NCBI GenBank assembly: GCA_963711365.1
Contig: CAVQDY010000015.1
Coordinates: 170,376-234,375 of the forward strand
Direction: 5' to 3'
DNA length: 64,000 nt
From: Terriglobia bacterium
GTDB taxonomy: Bacteria > Acidobacteriota > Terriglobia > Terriglobales > Acidobacteriaceae
Of the stretch, positions 1 through 8,926 are shown piece after piece. Within the stretch, counting starts at the first letter, position 1, and each line of letters begins with the position of its first letter. The position numbers and the translations under genes were made by a program. Under the pieces are notes generated by a model, which worked only from the letters and a program-made list of their open reading frames with translations, had not been told where the DNA came from and ran no database searches.

Positions 1-51
1 AATCCTGGTTCGTTCTTGCTTCCTTCGCGGACAAAATCCTGAGAGCCCGCT

Positions 52-1083
52 TTAGCGGGTTTCGGCGACTCCCGCTTTCGCGTTTTCCATTTCCTCAATC
101 ACGGCGTCGGCAAACTGCGAGGTGCCAGACTTTCCCCCAATGTCGCGTGTCAGTTTTTCGGGATGCCGGTAGACTCGCTCCAGCGCATTGCGGATCTGCG
201 TCGAGGCTTCGTGCTCGCCGAGGTGCCGCACCATAAGCAGAGCGGAGCGCAGGAGCGCTGTTGGATTGGCCAGGTTCTTTCCCGCAATGTCCGGGGCGGA
301 GCCATGCACGGCCTCGAAGATCGCACATTCGTCGCCGAGATTTGCGCTGGGTACGAATCCCAGACCGCCAACGAAAGCCGCGCAAAGATCCGAGAGGATG
401 TCGCCGTACAGATTTTCCATGACCAGCATGTCGTACTGGTAGGGATTCATGACCAGTTGCATGCAGGTGTTGTCGACGATGTGCTCCGCGTAAGTGATCT
501 CCGGATAGTTTTTCGCAACCGCGCGCGAGCAGCGCAGGAAAAGACCGTCCGAAAGCTTCATGATGTTTGCCTTGTGAATGGCATGAATCTTCTTGCGCTG
601 GTTCTTGCGCGCATATTCAAAGGCAAACTTCGCGATCCGGGTCGAGGCCTTTTCGGTCATGATCTTCAGGCTTTCGACCACCCCGGGAACAACCTCGTGC
701 TCCAATCCTGAATAAAGTCCCTCGGTGTTTTCGCGAATGATGATCAGGTCGACGTCGGGGTATCGCGTGGGGATATGAGGCAGGTTGCGAATGGGGCGGA
801 AGTTCGCATACAGCTCAAATTTCTTTCGCAGGGCTACATTGATGCTGGGAAAGCCTTCGCCCACCGGTGTGGTGACAGGGCCCTTCAATCCGACGCGGGT
901 GCGCTCGAGCGATTCGATCAAATCCTTTGGGATGTACTCGCCGGACTTCTCATAGGCTTCTGCTCCGACGGCGAAGGTTTCCCATTCGAACTTGACCCCG
1001 GTTGCTTCCAGAATGCGGACGACCGCATTCGTCACTTCCGGGCCGATTCCGTCGCCGGGAATGAGAGTTACTTTGTGAGCCAT
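52..1083 (-). CDS. NAD-dependent isocitrate dehydrogenase-like enzyme (isocitrate/isopropylmalate dehydrogenase family)
   Basis: The ORF shows family hallmarks: N-terminal LIPGDGIGPE, HKANIMKLSDGLF and GSAPDIAGKNLANP. The track ORF starts at TTG 1101, but ATG 1083 has GGAAGGA 9 nt upstream, so I place the start at 1083. Confidence 0.9.
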   Translation of the reverse strand: MAHKVTLIPGDGIGPEVTNAVVRILEATGVKFEWETFAVGAEAYEKSGEYIPKDLIESLERTRVGLKGPVTTPVGEGFPSINVALRKKFELYANFRPIRNLPHIPTRYPDVDLIIIRENTEGLYSGLEHEVVPGVVESLKIMTEKASTRIAKFAFEYARKNQRKKIHAIHKANIMKLSDGLFLRCSRAVAKNYPEITYAEHIVDNTCMQLVMNPYQYDMLVMENLYGDILSDLCAAFVGGLGFVPSANLGDECAIFEAVHGSAPDIAGKNLANPTALLRSALLMVRHLGEHEASTQIRNALERVYRHPEKLTRDIGGKSGTSQFADAVIEEMENAKAGVAETR

Positions 1084-1153
1084 GACTTTAAATCCTTCCA
1101 AAATGTCGACTGGTTGATAGGGAGCAAACGAAGTCGGCCAGGCCGCGTCGTAG

Positions 1154-1615
1154 CTACTGGGCCTTTAGTTTGACCAGATCCTTGAGTTCGTTCATGAATT
1201 CTTTCACGTCTTTGAAATCGAGATAGACCGACGCGAAGCGCACATAGGCAACCTTGTCATACTTGCGCAGCCGATTCATGATGAGTTCGCCTAATTCGCT
1301 GGTCTTTCGCTCACGCTCGGCTGATTCGATGACAAACGATTCGGCTTCGTTCACGATCTGCTCGAGTTTACTGATCGGTACCGGACGTTTCTCGCAGGCC
1401 CGGAGTAAGCCGTTGAGCACTTTCTGGCGGTCAAATTTCTCGCGGCGGCCGTCCTTTTTTACGACCATATAAGGAATCTCGTCGATGCGTTCGTAAGTGG
1501 TGAAGCGCTTGCCGCACTTCAGACACTCGCGCCGGCGCCGGATCGAATCGGCTTCTTTGCTCTCGCGCGAGTCGACCACCTTATCGTTTTCAAATCCGCA
1601 AAAAGGACATTTCAT
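1154..1615 (-). CDS. nrdR: Transcriptional repressor NrdR
   Basis: 153 aa. It has an N-terminal zinc ribbon (CPFC...CLKC) followed by an ATP-cone-like region, and reads as full-length NrdR (MKCPFCG...DSRE...RRRECL.CG.RFTTYE). Confidence 0.93.
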   Translation of the reverse strand: MKCPFCGFENDKVVDSRESKEADSIRRRRECLKCGKRFTTYERIDEIPYMVVKKDGRREKFDRQKVLNGLLRACEKRPVPISKLEQIVNEAESFVIESAERERKTSELGELIMNRLRKYDKVAYVRFASVYLDFKDVKEFMNELKDLVKLKAQ

Positions 1616-1814
1616 GGCGCTGGCTTGCCCAGTGAAGATTCCTTCCTGTCTGCATGAACCTGCGCCTTAGCAGCGCGATGCAGACGGCGCAAGAAGAATT
1701 CTCTCTGACCGGGGTAACTGAAAATTGTAACAGTAACTGTGATTTGGGATGGCTTGGCTGGTTGACGACCTGTGGTCGAGCAAGGGCTTTTCCATTCAGC
1801 GACGGATAGAAAAC

Positions 1815-1851
1815 GGCGCTCGCACCCCCTGCGGTGCAAGCGCCAGTTTTT
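1815..1851 (+). terminator. Intrinsic terminator-like hairpin in the nrdR / TonB-receptor spacer (no gene upstream on this strand)
   Basis: GGCGCTCGCAC-cccctgc-GGTGCAAGCGCC forms about 11 bp with one mismatch and is followed by AGTTTTTCC. It lies 186 nt upstream of the receptor start codon. Confidence 0.45.
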
Positions 1852-2036
1852 CCTCATCCTCCCCGGTGACGGAAGGAGTGAAGCCTGTGATCCAGAAAAT
1901 CTCCATGACGGCCAGCGATTTGGAGGATCTGCTGCCAATGTGCCCCAACCCACGCCACAACTTGTCATTTCGTTGTCTACAAATTGTAAAAACCAAGGTC
2001 CGCCGGTTCACGCCGCGCGACTAGCGAGAGCGTTAT

Positions 2037-4406
2037 GTGGCGCTGATATCATTGAAAATCGGCCTGAACACGGTGCGCGCGCTACTTCATCTCGGGATCC
2101 TGTTGCTCGCTTTACCCATAATGGCGCAAAGCAATGTTGGGGAACTCCATATCACAGTCCTCGATCCGCGCGGGTTTGGGGTGAAAAGTCCGGTCGAACT
2201 GATCAGCGAAGCGAATGAACTGCACGAAACCCTCAGTACCGACGACTGGGGAATCCTGATCGCGAAGCGTTTGCCCTTCGGTCTCTACCGTATCCAGATT
2301 CAGCAGCCGGGTTTTTCCGCCATATCGATGCCCGTTGAGGTGAGATCGGCGATCCCGCTCGATTGCCTGATCAAACTCACCATTGCTTCGGTGAGCGCCT
2401 CGGTTACGGTGCAGGCTACAGAAACGCTGGTTGATCCGCATCAGACAAATTCGGTCAATGAAATTGGCTCAGACACGATCAAAACGCGTGTTACTTCGCT
2501 GCCCGGACGATCGTTGCAGGATCTGGTGAGTTCGGAGCCTGGGTGGGTCTTCGAGGGCAACGCGGTGTTGCATCCGCGCGGTTCCGAGTACCAGACCCAA
2601 TTCGTTGTCGACGGCGTTCCACTCACTGACAATCGGTCCCCAGGTGAGGGGCCGGAAATCGAAGCGGACGATGTCGATTCGCTGACGATTTATACGGCGG
2701 GCATTCCCGCTGAGTTCGGACGCAAACTGGGCGGAGTCGTCGAGGTGAACACCCTCAAAGATGCGAAGGCGGGTTTACATGGTGAGGTCGATCTCTATGG
2801 TGGCAGCTTCGAGACGGCGGGGGCATTCGCGCAGGCTCAATATGCCTGGAGAAGAAGCACGCTCGGCGGCAGCGCTTCCGGCGGCATGACCAGTCACTAC
2901 TTGAATCCGGTGGTTCCAGAAAACTACACCAACCGCGGTACGACCGGCGACTTCTCCCTACATTACGAGCGGGACATAACGACCAATGACCGTTTGGGAA
3001 TGATTATTCGCCATGAACTGTCGCGGTTTCAGATTCCAAATGAGCAAGTGCAGCAGATGGCAGGCCAGGAACAGAATGCTGACAACTTTGAGACTTTAGG
3101 CATTCTCTCTTACCAGCACGTGTTTTCTGCGAACATGCTGGGCTCGTTGCGCGGTATGGTGCGCGACAACTCCAACGACCTGACGTCGAATCCCCAATCC
3201 ACTCCGGTCACCGCGTTTCTGCATAACCATTTTCGTGAGGGATACTTCAACGGATCGTTATCTCTGCATCATGGGCGCCACGAATTCAAGGCTGGAATGG
3301 AGTCTGACAATCTCTTTCTCAACGAGAATTTCAGCGACGTGATCACGGATCCAACCTACTTCGACCCGGGCACGCCACTGACTTTCAGCTTCCCGGGGAA
3401 TCGGCCATCCGATGGGAGCCGGCCTGACCTTGAGCAGTCGGGCTACATTCAGGACCTGATTCGAGCAGGGAACTGGACTCTCAGCGCTGGTCTACGCTGG
3501 GATCACTATCAGTTGCTGGTCAACGAGAATGCGGTGAGCCCACGGCTCTCCGCCTCGCGTTATTTTTCGCACGCCGGAGTCGTGGTTCATGCATCGTATG
3601 ACCGCGTCTTTCAAACACCGTCGGCGGAAAATATTCTGCTCTCGAGTTCACCCCAGGTTATCTCGTTGAATCCGGATGTGCTGCGGTTACCGGTCGAGCC
3701 GTCGCACGGAAATTACTTCGAGTTCGGCGTGACCAAAGGTTTTTTCGGGCAGTTACGAATCGATGCCAACTACTACCGCCGCTACGCGGACAATTTCGCC
3801 GATGACGATCAACTGTTGAGTACTGCTGTCAGCTTCCCCATCGCTTTTCGCAAGGCGGTGATCTATGGGGCTGAGGGAAAAATCGAAGTTCCGAAGTGGG
3901 GCCGATTTTCAGGCTTCGCTAGCTATTCTTACATGGTAGGAAATGCCTGGTTTCCAGTGAACGGAGGACTGTTCCTCGGAGACGATGCCGTAAACGCCAG
4001 CACACAGTTGCGCGGGCACTTTCCGGATTCGCAGGATCAGCGTAATACGGTCGGGCTACGCGGGCGGTATCAGCTCATCTCTCGTTTGTGGATCGGAGGC
4101 GGTGTGGCGTACGGCAGTGGATTGCCGTTCGCATTTACTGGTACGTACCAGCAGGCGCTCGCGGAGTACGGGCCAGCGATGATTGACCGCATCAATTTCG
4201 CTCGCGGACGAGTACGGCCATCATTAGCGGTTGATCTCTCGATGGCTGCGGAAGTCTACAAGAGCGATCGCTTTGCAGCACGATTGCAGGCGGACGTCGA
4301 AAACCTGAATAATCGGCTGAACGTTATCGATTTCGGTGGATTGTTCTCGGGCAACGCCATCGCGCCGCCGCGTAGCTACTCGCTGCGGCTGCAAACTAGT
4401 TTCTAA
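2037..4406 (+). CDS. TonB-dependent outer-membrane receptor with CarboxypepD_reg-like N-terminal domain
   Basis: 789 aa with a GTG start and a signal peptide (LLLALPIMAQS). The N-terminal domain resembles a carboxypeptidase-regulatory domain, a plug region follows (GSEYQTQFVVDGVPLTD), and the beta-barrel C-terminus ends in ...LRLQTSF. Confidence 0.88.
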   Translation: MALISLKIGLNTVRALLHLGILLLALPIMAQSNVGELHITVLDPRGFGVKSPVELISEANELHETLSTDDWGILIAKRLPFGLYRIQIQQPGFSAISMPVEVRSAIPLDCLIKLTIASVSASVTVQATETLVDPHQTNSVNEIGSDTIKTRVTSLPGRSLQDLVSSEPGWVFEGNAVLHPRGSEYQTQFVVDGVPLTDNRSPGEGPEIEADDVDSLTIYTAGIPAEFGRKLGGVVEVNTLKDAKAGLHGEVDLYGGSFETAGAFAQAQYAWRRSTLGGSASGGMTSHYLNPVVPENYTNRGTTGDFSLHYERDITTNDRLGMIIRHELSRFQIPNEQVQQMAGQEQNADNFETLGILSYQHVFSANMLGSLRGMVRDNSNDLTSNPQSTPVTAFLHNHFREGYFNGSLSLHHGRHEFKAGMESDNLFLNENFSDVITDPTYFDPGTPLTFSFPGNRPSDGSRPDLEQSGYIQDLIRAGNWTLSAGLRWDHYQLLVNENAVSPRLSASRYFSHAGVVVHASYDRVFQTPSAENILLSSSPQVISLNPDVLRLPVEPSHGNYFEFGVTKGFFGQLRIDANYYRRYADNFADDDQLLSTAVSFPIAFRKAVIYGAEGKIEVPKWGRFSGFASYSYMVGNAWFPVNGGLFLGDDAVNASTQLRGHFPDSQDQRNTVGLRGRYQLISRLWIGGGVAYGSGLPFAFTGTYQQALAEYGPAMIDRINFARGRVRPSLAVDLSMAAEVYKSDRFAARLQADVENLNNRLNVIDFGGLFSGNAIAPPRSYSLRLQTSF

Positions 4407-4410
4407 GTGA

Positions 4411-4580
4411 TGTCATCCTGAATCGTGGCACAGCCACGGTGAAGGACCTGATCCCTGGTGGAAGCGGAACGGAAGTCAACGGGATCGTAGTCACTGCGAC
4501 AGCCGAATGCCTGATACTGCACCTTGACTCGGCGCCGTCGTAGGGTCGCTTGATGCGGCTTTGCCGCCTCTCAGAATGAC
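4411..4580. repeat. Two inverted copies of a GTCATYCTGA-hairpin-GAAGGA-type short element between convergent genes
   Basis: Copy 1 at 4411-4455 (+) reads GTCATCCTGAATCGTGGCACAGCCACGGTGAAGGACCTG. Copy 2 at about 4536-4580 (-) reads GTCATTCTGAGAGGCGGCAAAGCCGCATCAAGCGACCC. A third copy lies at 27151-27194. Confidence 0.6.
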
Positions 4581-4600
4581 ATCCCCTTTAGACGATAAAT

Positions 4601-7600
4601 TTAGACCACGAAATATTTCGCTGCCGGATGATGCACCACGATCGCCGATGTACTCTGCTCTGGTTCCAATAGAAATCCTGAAGTCAGCCGAACCCCCACA
4701 TTTTCTTCCGGCTTGAGAAGCGCAAACAGTTTAGTCTGATCTTCAAGATTCGGACACGCCGGGTAGCCGAACGAATACCGCGATCCGCGATACTTCTGAT
4801 GAAAGAGATCGCGAATTTCTGGTGCGTCCTCGCCGGCGATTCCCAATTCTTCGCGCATCTTCTTGTGATGCAGTTCGGCCAGGGCTTCGGCAGTCTCGAC
4901 ACTGAGCCCGTGCAAGTACAAATATTTTGTATATTCCCCTCCTTCAAACAGGCGCTGCGTCTCGATGCTCGCCGCCGGTCCGATGGTGACGAGCGACAGA
5001 CCGATGACGTCCATCTTGCCCGATGCTTTCGGAGCGAAGAAGTCGGAGATGGCCAGCTTGCGGCCTTCCTTCTGGCGCGGGAAGGTGAAGCGTAGAAGCT
5101 CCGGAAGCCCTTCGTCCCAACGCGTGCCGCAGGAGTGTGCTGGTGACTTCGGCGGCTCGTACACAATTACGTCATTGCCCTCGCCTTGCGCAGGGAAGTA
5201 CCCGTACACGACGGCAGGCGCGAACAATCCTGACTCAAAGACCTCATCTTCCAACTTGCGCAGAATGGGACGGAATTTTTCGTCGACTAACCGCAGGTAA
5301 TCCGACTGCGATGCCGTCTTCAACTGCCACTGGTTCTTGAACAGTGCTGTCTCGTTGATGTAACGGAACAGTTCGCGGAGATCATAATCTTTCTTGACGC
5401 GCACACCCCAAAACGGCGGCGTGGGAATGTTCGGCGCATCGGTCACCACAGGGCTGCGCTCGGCGAACACGGGCCCGCTCTCTTCGTCGACGGCCGTCGC
5501 TTTCGAATATTCCTTTACCGTGCGACCCTCTCGCAGGCGCTGATCGCGAGCCCCGTCCTCGGTCGAAAGATCCTCCATGATGTGCAGTCCCGCGAAGGCG
5601 TCATCTGCGTAGAAAACTCCGTTCGCATATTCCCGCCGGAGATCGTCTTCGACATACTTCCGCGTAAGTGCCGCGCCGCCGCAGATCACGGGGAATTCCA
5701 GCTTCTGCCGCTCGAGATCCTGGATAACGTACTTCATCTCCAATGTGGATTTGACCAGCAGGCCGCTCAGGCCTATGGCATCGGCACTGTGCTCTTGCGC
5801 GGCACGAATAATCGAATCGCCCGGCTGCTTGATGCCGAGATTCACGACCTTGAATCCGTTATTCGACAGGATAATATCGACGAGATTCTTGCCAATGTCG
5901 TGGACATCGCCCTTCACGGTGGCGAGAACGATGGTGCCCTTTTGCGACCCGGACTTCTTTTCCATCTTCGGCTCGAGATAAGCCACCGCTTGCTTCATCA
6001 CTCCGGCGGAATCAAGAACCGATGGAAGCTGCATCTTGCGCGCTCCAAAGAGATCGCCAACCGTTTTCATGCCATCCAGCAGCACGGTGTTGATAAGCTC
6101 GAGGGCCGAATAACTCGTCAGCGCGTCTTCAAGCAACTGTTCAAGCGATTTCTTGTTCGCGCCGTCCCCGACAGATTTCTCCCCGTTGATAATGGCAAAC
6201 TTCAACTTGTCTTCGACCGAAAGCGTGTCGACATGAGCGGTGGTCGACGCTGCGGGTTTACCCTTCATGCCCGCAAAATGTCCCATGTAGACTTGCAGCG
6301 GGTCGCCGGCGGAGTTGTCCCGGAATATCAGCTTCCGCGCGAGCTCAACCTCTTCATGCGGAATCTTGTACAGCGGATAGATCTTGGTGTAGTTAACGAT
6401 GGCCATATCGAGGCCATGGTCGACTGCTTCGTGCATGAAGACAGAGTTCAGAACCCTCCGAGGATAGGCATCCAGACCGAACGAAATATTACTGACGCCT
6501 AGAATTGTTTTGACGTTCGGCAGTTCTTTCTTGATGCGCTCGACCGCGTTCAGCGTTTCGATTCCCGCGGTCCGATATTCTTCCTGCCCGGTCGAGATAG
6601 GAAGCGTCAGCGCATCGAAGATCAGATCGGTCGAATCCAGGCCGTATTTGTTCACCGCCAGATCGTGAATGCGGTGCGCGATCGCGACTTTCTTGTCGGC
6701 GGTGAGGGCCATGCCGTCTTCATCGATGGTCAGAGCGATCACGGCAGCGCCATAGCGCTTCGCCATGGGCAGGACTTTCGACGTGCGCTTCTCGCCGTCC
6801 TCAAGATTGATCGAGTTGATAATGGCTCGGCCCGGGATGCGCTTCAGCGCTTCTTCTACGACGTCGGCTTCGGTCGAATCGACCAGGATTGGCGCAGGAA
6901 CCCGCGTCGCGATCTTCTCGAGAATCGAAGTAATGTATCCCTTTTCGTCTTCGCCCACGATGGCGCAGCACAGGTCGAGCATGTGCGAGCCATCATTGAC
7001 CAGCCGTTTTGCCAGGCCCAGAATTTCGTCGTATTTCTTGCCCTGCACCAGTTTGCGGAAATGATCCACACGTGTGGTTGTGTTCATTTCCTCTGCAACG
7101 ATCAGCGGCTTAGGTTCGAGATCAAGCGGAACGCTGGTGTAGGCACTCGACGCAGCACCAACACGCTTTACCTCACGCTTCGCCGGTTCCACGTTGGAAA
7201 CCGCGTCCACCACCGCTTTCAGGTGCTCGGGAGTGGTGCCGCAGCATCCGCCGACAATGCGCACGCCATAGTCCACGACGAAGTGCTTGTGATACTCCGC
7301 CAGTTCCTGCGGCGTGAGTTTGTACACGGCAATGCCACCCTCGTTGTGCGGCAGGCCGGCATTTGGCAACACTGAGACTTCTTTGGTGGAGTTCAACGCC
7401 AGGTAGCGAACCGCGTCATTCATCTCCTTCGGACCAGTGGCGCAGTTCAAGCCGATCGCGTCGACATCAAACGGCTCGAGTGCCGTCAGGGCGGCGCCGA
7501 TTTCCGTGCCGAGCAGCATCGTTCCGGATTCCTGCAGCGTGACCTGCACCGTCACAGGAAGACGCTTTCCGGATTTGCGCATCGCTTCGAGCACACCGAT

Positions 7601-8107
7601 CACGCCAATCTTGGCCTGCAACAAGTCCTGTGCCGTTTCGATCAAAAGGACATCAACCCCGCCTTCGATCAGCGCGGCCGCTTGCTCCTCATAAGACGCG
7701 ACCATCGCATCGAAACCAATGTGAGCCAGTGACGGCAGCTTGGTGGTCGGGCCCATGGATCCGGCGACGAATCGAGGTTTGTCTTTCGTCGAGAATTGCT
7801 GCGCGACTTCTTTGGCGAGCTGCGCGGCCTTTAGATTGATTTCGTGGACCCGATCACGCAGTTCGAACTCGCCGAGCACAATTCCGCTTCCGCCGAAAGT
7901 ATTGGTCTCCACAATGTCGCAGCCCACACGGAAGAAATCCGCATGAATGTCGCGAATGATGTCGGGACGGCTCAGCACCAGCACTTCGCTGCAGTTTTCC
8001 TTGCCCCAGTAGTCATCCAGAGTGGGATTGCGCTTCTGGATATTAGTGCCCATCGCGCCGTCGTAAACGACCACGCGCTCTTTCACAGTTTGTAAGAAGT
8101 CAGACAT
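4601..8107 (-). CDS. metH: Cobalamin-dependent methionine synthase
   Basis: 1168 aa. Reading the translation I recognise all modules: Hcy S-methyltransferase, pterin-binding, B12-binding (DVHDIGKN) and the C-terminal AdoMet activation domain. Confidence 0.95.
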   Translation of the reverse strand: MSDFLQTVKERVVVYDGAMGTNIQKRNPTLDDYWGKENCSEVLVLSRPDIIRDIHADFFRVGCDIVETNTFGGSGIVLGEFELRDRVHEINLKAAQLAKEVAQQFSTKDKPRFVAGSMGPTTKLPSLAHIGFDAMVASYEEQAAALIEGGVDVLLIETAQDLLQAKIGVIGVLEAMRKSGKRLPVTVQVTLQESGTMLLGTEIGAALTALEPFDVDAIGLNCATGPKEMNDAVRYLALNSTKEVSVLPNAGLPHNEGGIAVYKLTPQELAEYHKHFVVDYGVRIVGGCCGTTPEHLKAVVDAVSNVEPAKREVKRVGAASSAYTSVPLDLEPKPLIVAEEMNTTTRVDHFRKLVQGKKYDEILGLAKRLVNDGSHMLDLCCAIVGEDEKGYITSILEKIATRVPAPILVDSTEADVVEEALKRIPGRAIINSINLEDGEKRTSKVLPMAKRYGAAVIALTIDEDGMALTADKKVAIAHRIHDLAVNKYGLDSTDLIFDALTLPISTGQEEYRTAGIETLNAVERIKKELPNVKTILGVSNISFGLDAYPRRVLNSVFMHEAVDHGLDMAIVNYTKIYPLYKIPHEEVELARKLIFRDNSAGDPLQVYMGHFAGMKGKPAASTTAHVDTLSVEDKLKFAIINGEKSVGDGANKKSLEQLLEDALTSYSALELINTVLLDGMKTVGDLFGARKMQLPSVLDSAGVMKQAVAYLEPKMEKKSGSQKGTIVLATVKGDVHDIGKNLVDIILSNNGFKVVNLGIKQPGDSIIRAAQEHSADAIGLSGLLVKSTLEMKYVIQDLERQKLEFPVICGGAALTRKYVEDDLRREYANGVFYADDAFAGLHIMEDLSTEDGARDQRLREGRTVKEYSKATAVDEESGPVFAERSPVVTDAPNIPTPPFWGVRVKKDYDLRELFRYINETALFKNQWQLKTASQSDYLRLVDEKFRPILRKLEDEVFESGLFAPAVVYGYFPAQGEGNDVIVYEPPKSPAHSCGTRWDEGLPELLRFTFPRQKEGRKLAISDFFAPKASGKMDVIGLSLVTIGPAASIETQRLFEGGEYTKYLYLHGLSVETAEALAELHHKKMREELGIAGEDAPEIRDLFHQKYRGSRYSFGYPACPNLEDQTKLFALLKPEENVGVRLTSGFLLEPEQSTSAIVVHHPAAKYFVV

Positions 8108-8112
8108 TCGTA

Positions 8113-8200
8113 AGCTTCTAGCTTTCAGCCGCTAGCTCCTGGCTCGAATCGAACGAGCCCTGGTTGTGAATCCTGGTGATCCGCGTGAATCCGTGGCCGA
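8113..8200. repeat. Heptad-periodic AGCNNNN repeat (5 units) plus a half copy of the CCACGGATTCAC palindromic element in the metH 5' leader
   Basis: 8113-8147 reads AGCTTCT AGCTTTC AGCCGCT AGCTCCT GGCTCGA. 8166-8200 reads GAATCCTGGTGATCCGCGTGAATCCGTGGCC and matches the right arm of the element at 62783-62854. Confidence 0.55.
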
Positions 8201-8269
8201 GACTTTGCCCTACATGCACGAACGCCGGTCGCGAATGGACCGGCGTGAAGTCTGGAATCGCGCTGAAAC

Positions 8270-8800
8270 TTAGCTTCCCGGCACCATTTCTGCCGGCGCC
8301 CCACCATTCACGTCGGCCTGATTGAAAACGATATTCGCGCCCATGTGTGCTGGCCGGGGGGCCAGCATCATCTCCTTACGGTAGACCAGGTTGGTAGCGT
8401 TGAAAGTCGCCAGCTCAAATCCGTGGCCGTGCGTTATCGCGTCGGTCGGGCAAGCCTCAACACAATATCCGCAAAAAATACAGCGGTTGTAATCAATGTT
8501 GTAGACCTTGGCATAACGCTCGGCGCCACTGACGCGGTTTTCAGCTGTATTCTCCGCCGCCTCGATATAAATGCAGTTCGACGGACACGCTGCGGCGCAA
8601 AGGAAGCAGGCCACGCATTTCTCGAGTCCGTTTTCGTCACGCTGCAGCACATGCGCACCGCGGAAACGCGCCTCGATCCGGGCTCCGCGCAGCGGCCCTT
8701 TCCCGTCGGGATAGTTCTCGACGATCGTCGGCTTGAACATCTCGCTGAACGTGATGCTCATGCCTTTGGCGATGGCAGCGATATTTTTCAGAACGGCCAT
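8270..8800 (-). CDS. nuoI: NADH-quinone oxidoreductase subunit I (2x[4Fe-4S])
   Basis: 176 aa with two CxxCxxCxxxCP motifs (CVACFLCAAACP, CIFCGYCVEACP) in a NuoI-type context. No other nuo genes flank it. Confidence 0.88.
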   Translation of the reverse strand: MAVLKNIAAIAKGMSITFSEMFKPTIVENYPDGKGPLRGARIEARFRGAHVLQRDENGLEKCVACFLCAAACPSNCIYIEAAENTAENRVSGAERYAKVYNIDYNRCIFCGYCVEACPTDAITHGHGFELATFNATNLVYRKEMMLAPRPAHMGANIVFNQADVNGGAPAEMVPGS

Positions 8801-8926
8801 GTCTCAGTCAGTATATCGAAACCGATGCGGATACGTCGCCCGGACTCGCCAAATGGCGATGAAATGAGGTTGAGCAGCGCTCGACAGACATCCGATGGTG
8901 CTGCGTACGCGCCCCACGCTTCCCGA

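Noticed and set aside
1700-2036. A cobalamin riboswitch upstream of the TonB receptor. This was tempting because metH lies next door.
   Set aside because: I could not find the conserved GCCACTG, GGGAA...GGTG core or a B12 box (AGYCAGGAGACCTGCC). GGAGGATCTGCTGCC at 1922-1936 is only a loose resemblance. A TPP riboswitch (CTGAGA...ACCTGA) is also absent.
1612-2218. ORFs 1612-1968 (-), 1749-2024 (+) and 1772-2218 (+), which fill the nrdR/TonB-receptor spacer.
   Set aside because: They have no SD or start context, their composition is Arg/Ser/Pro-rich and junk-like, and they overlap one another. The region is better explained as structured non-coding leader.
8108-8269. A SAM, SAH or B12 riboswitch in the metH leader.
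   Set aside because: The leader is accounted for by dispersed repeat elements (the heptads and the CCACGGATT half copy). I recognised no riboswitch core.
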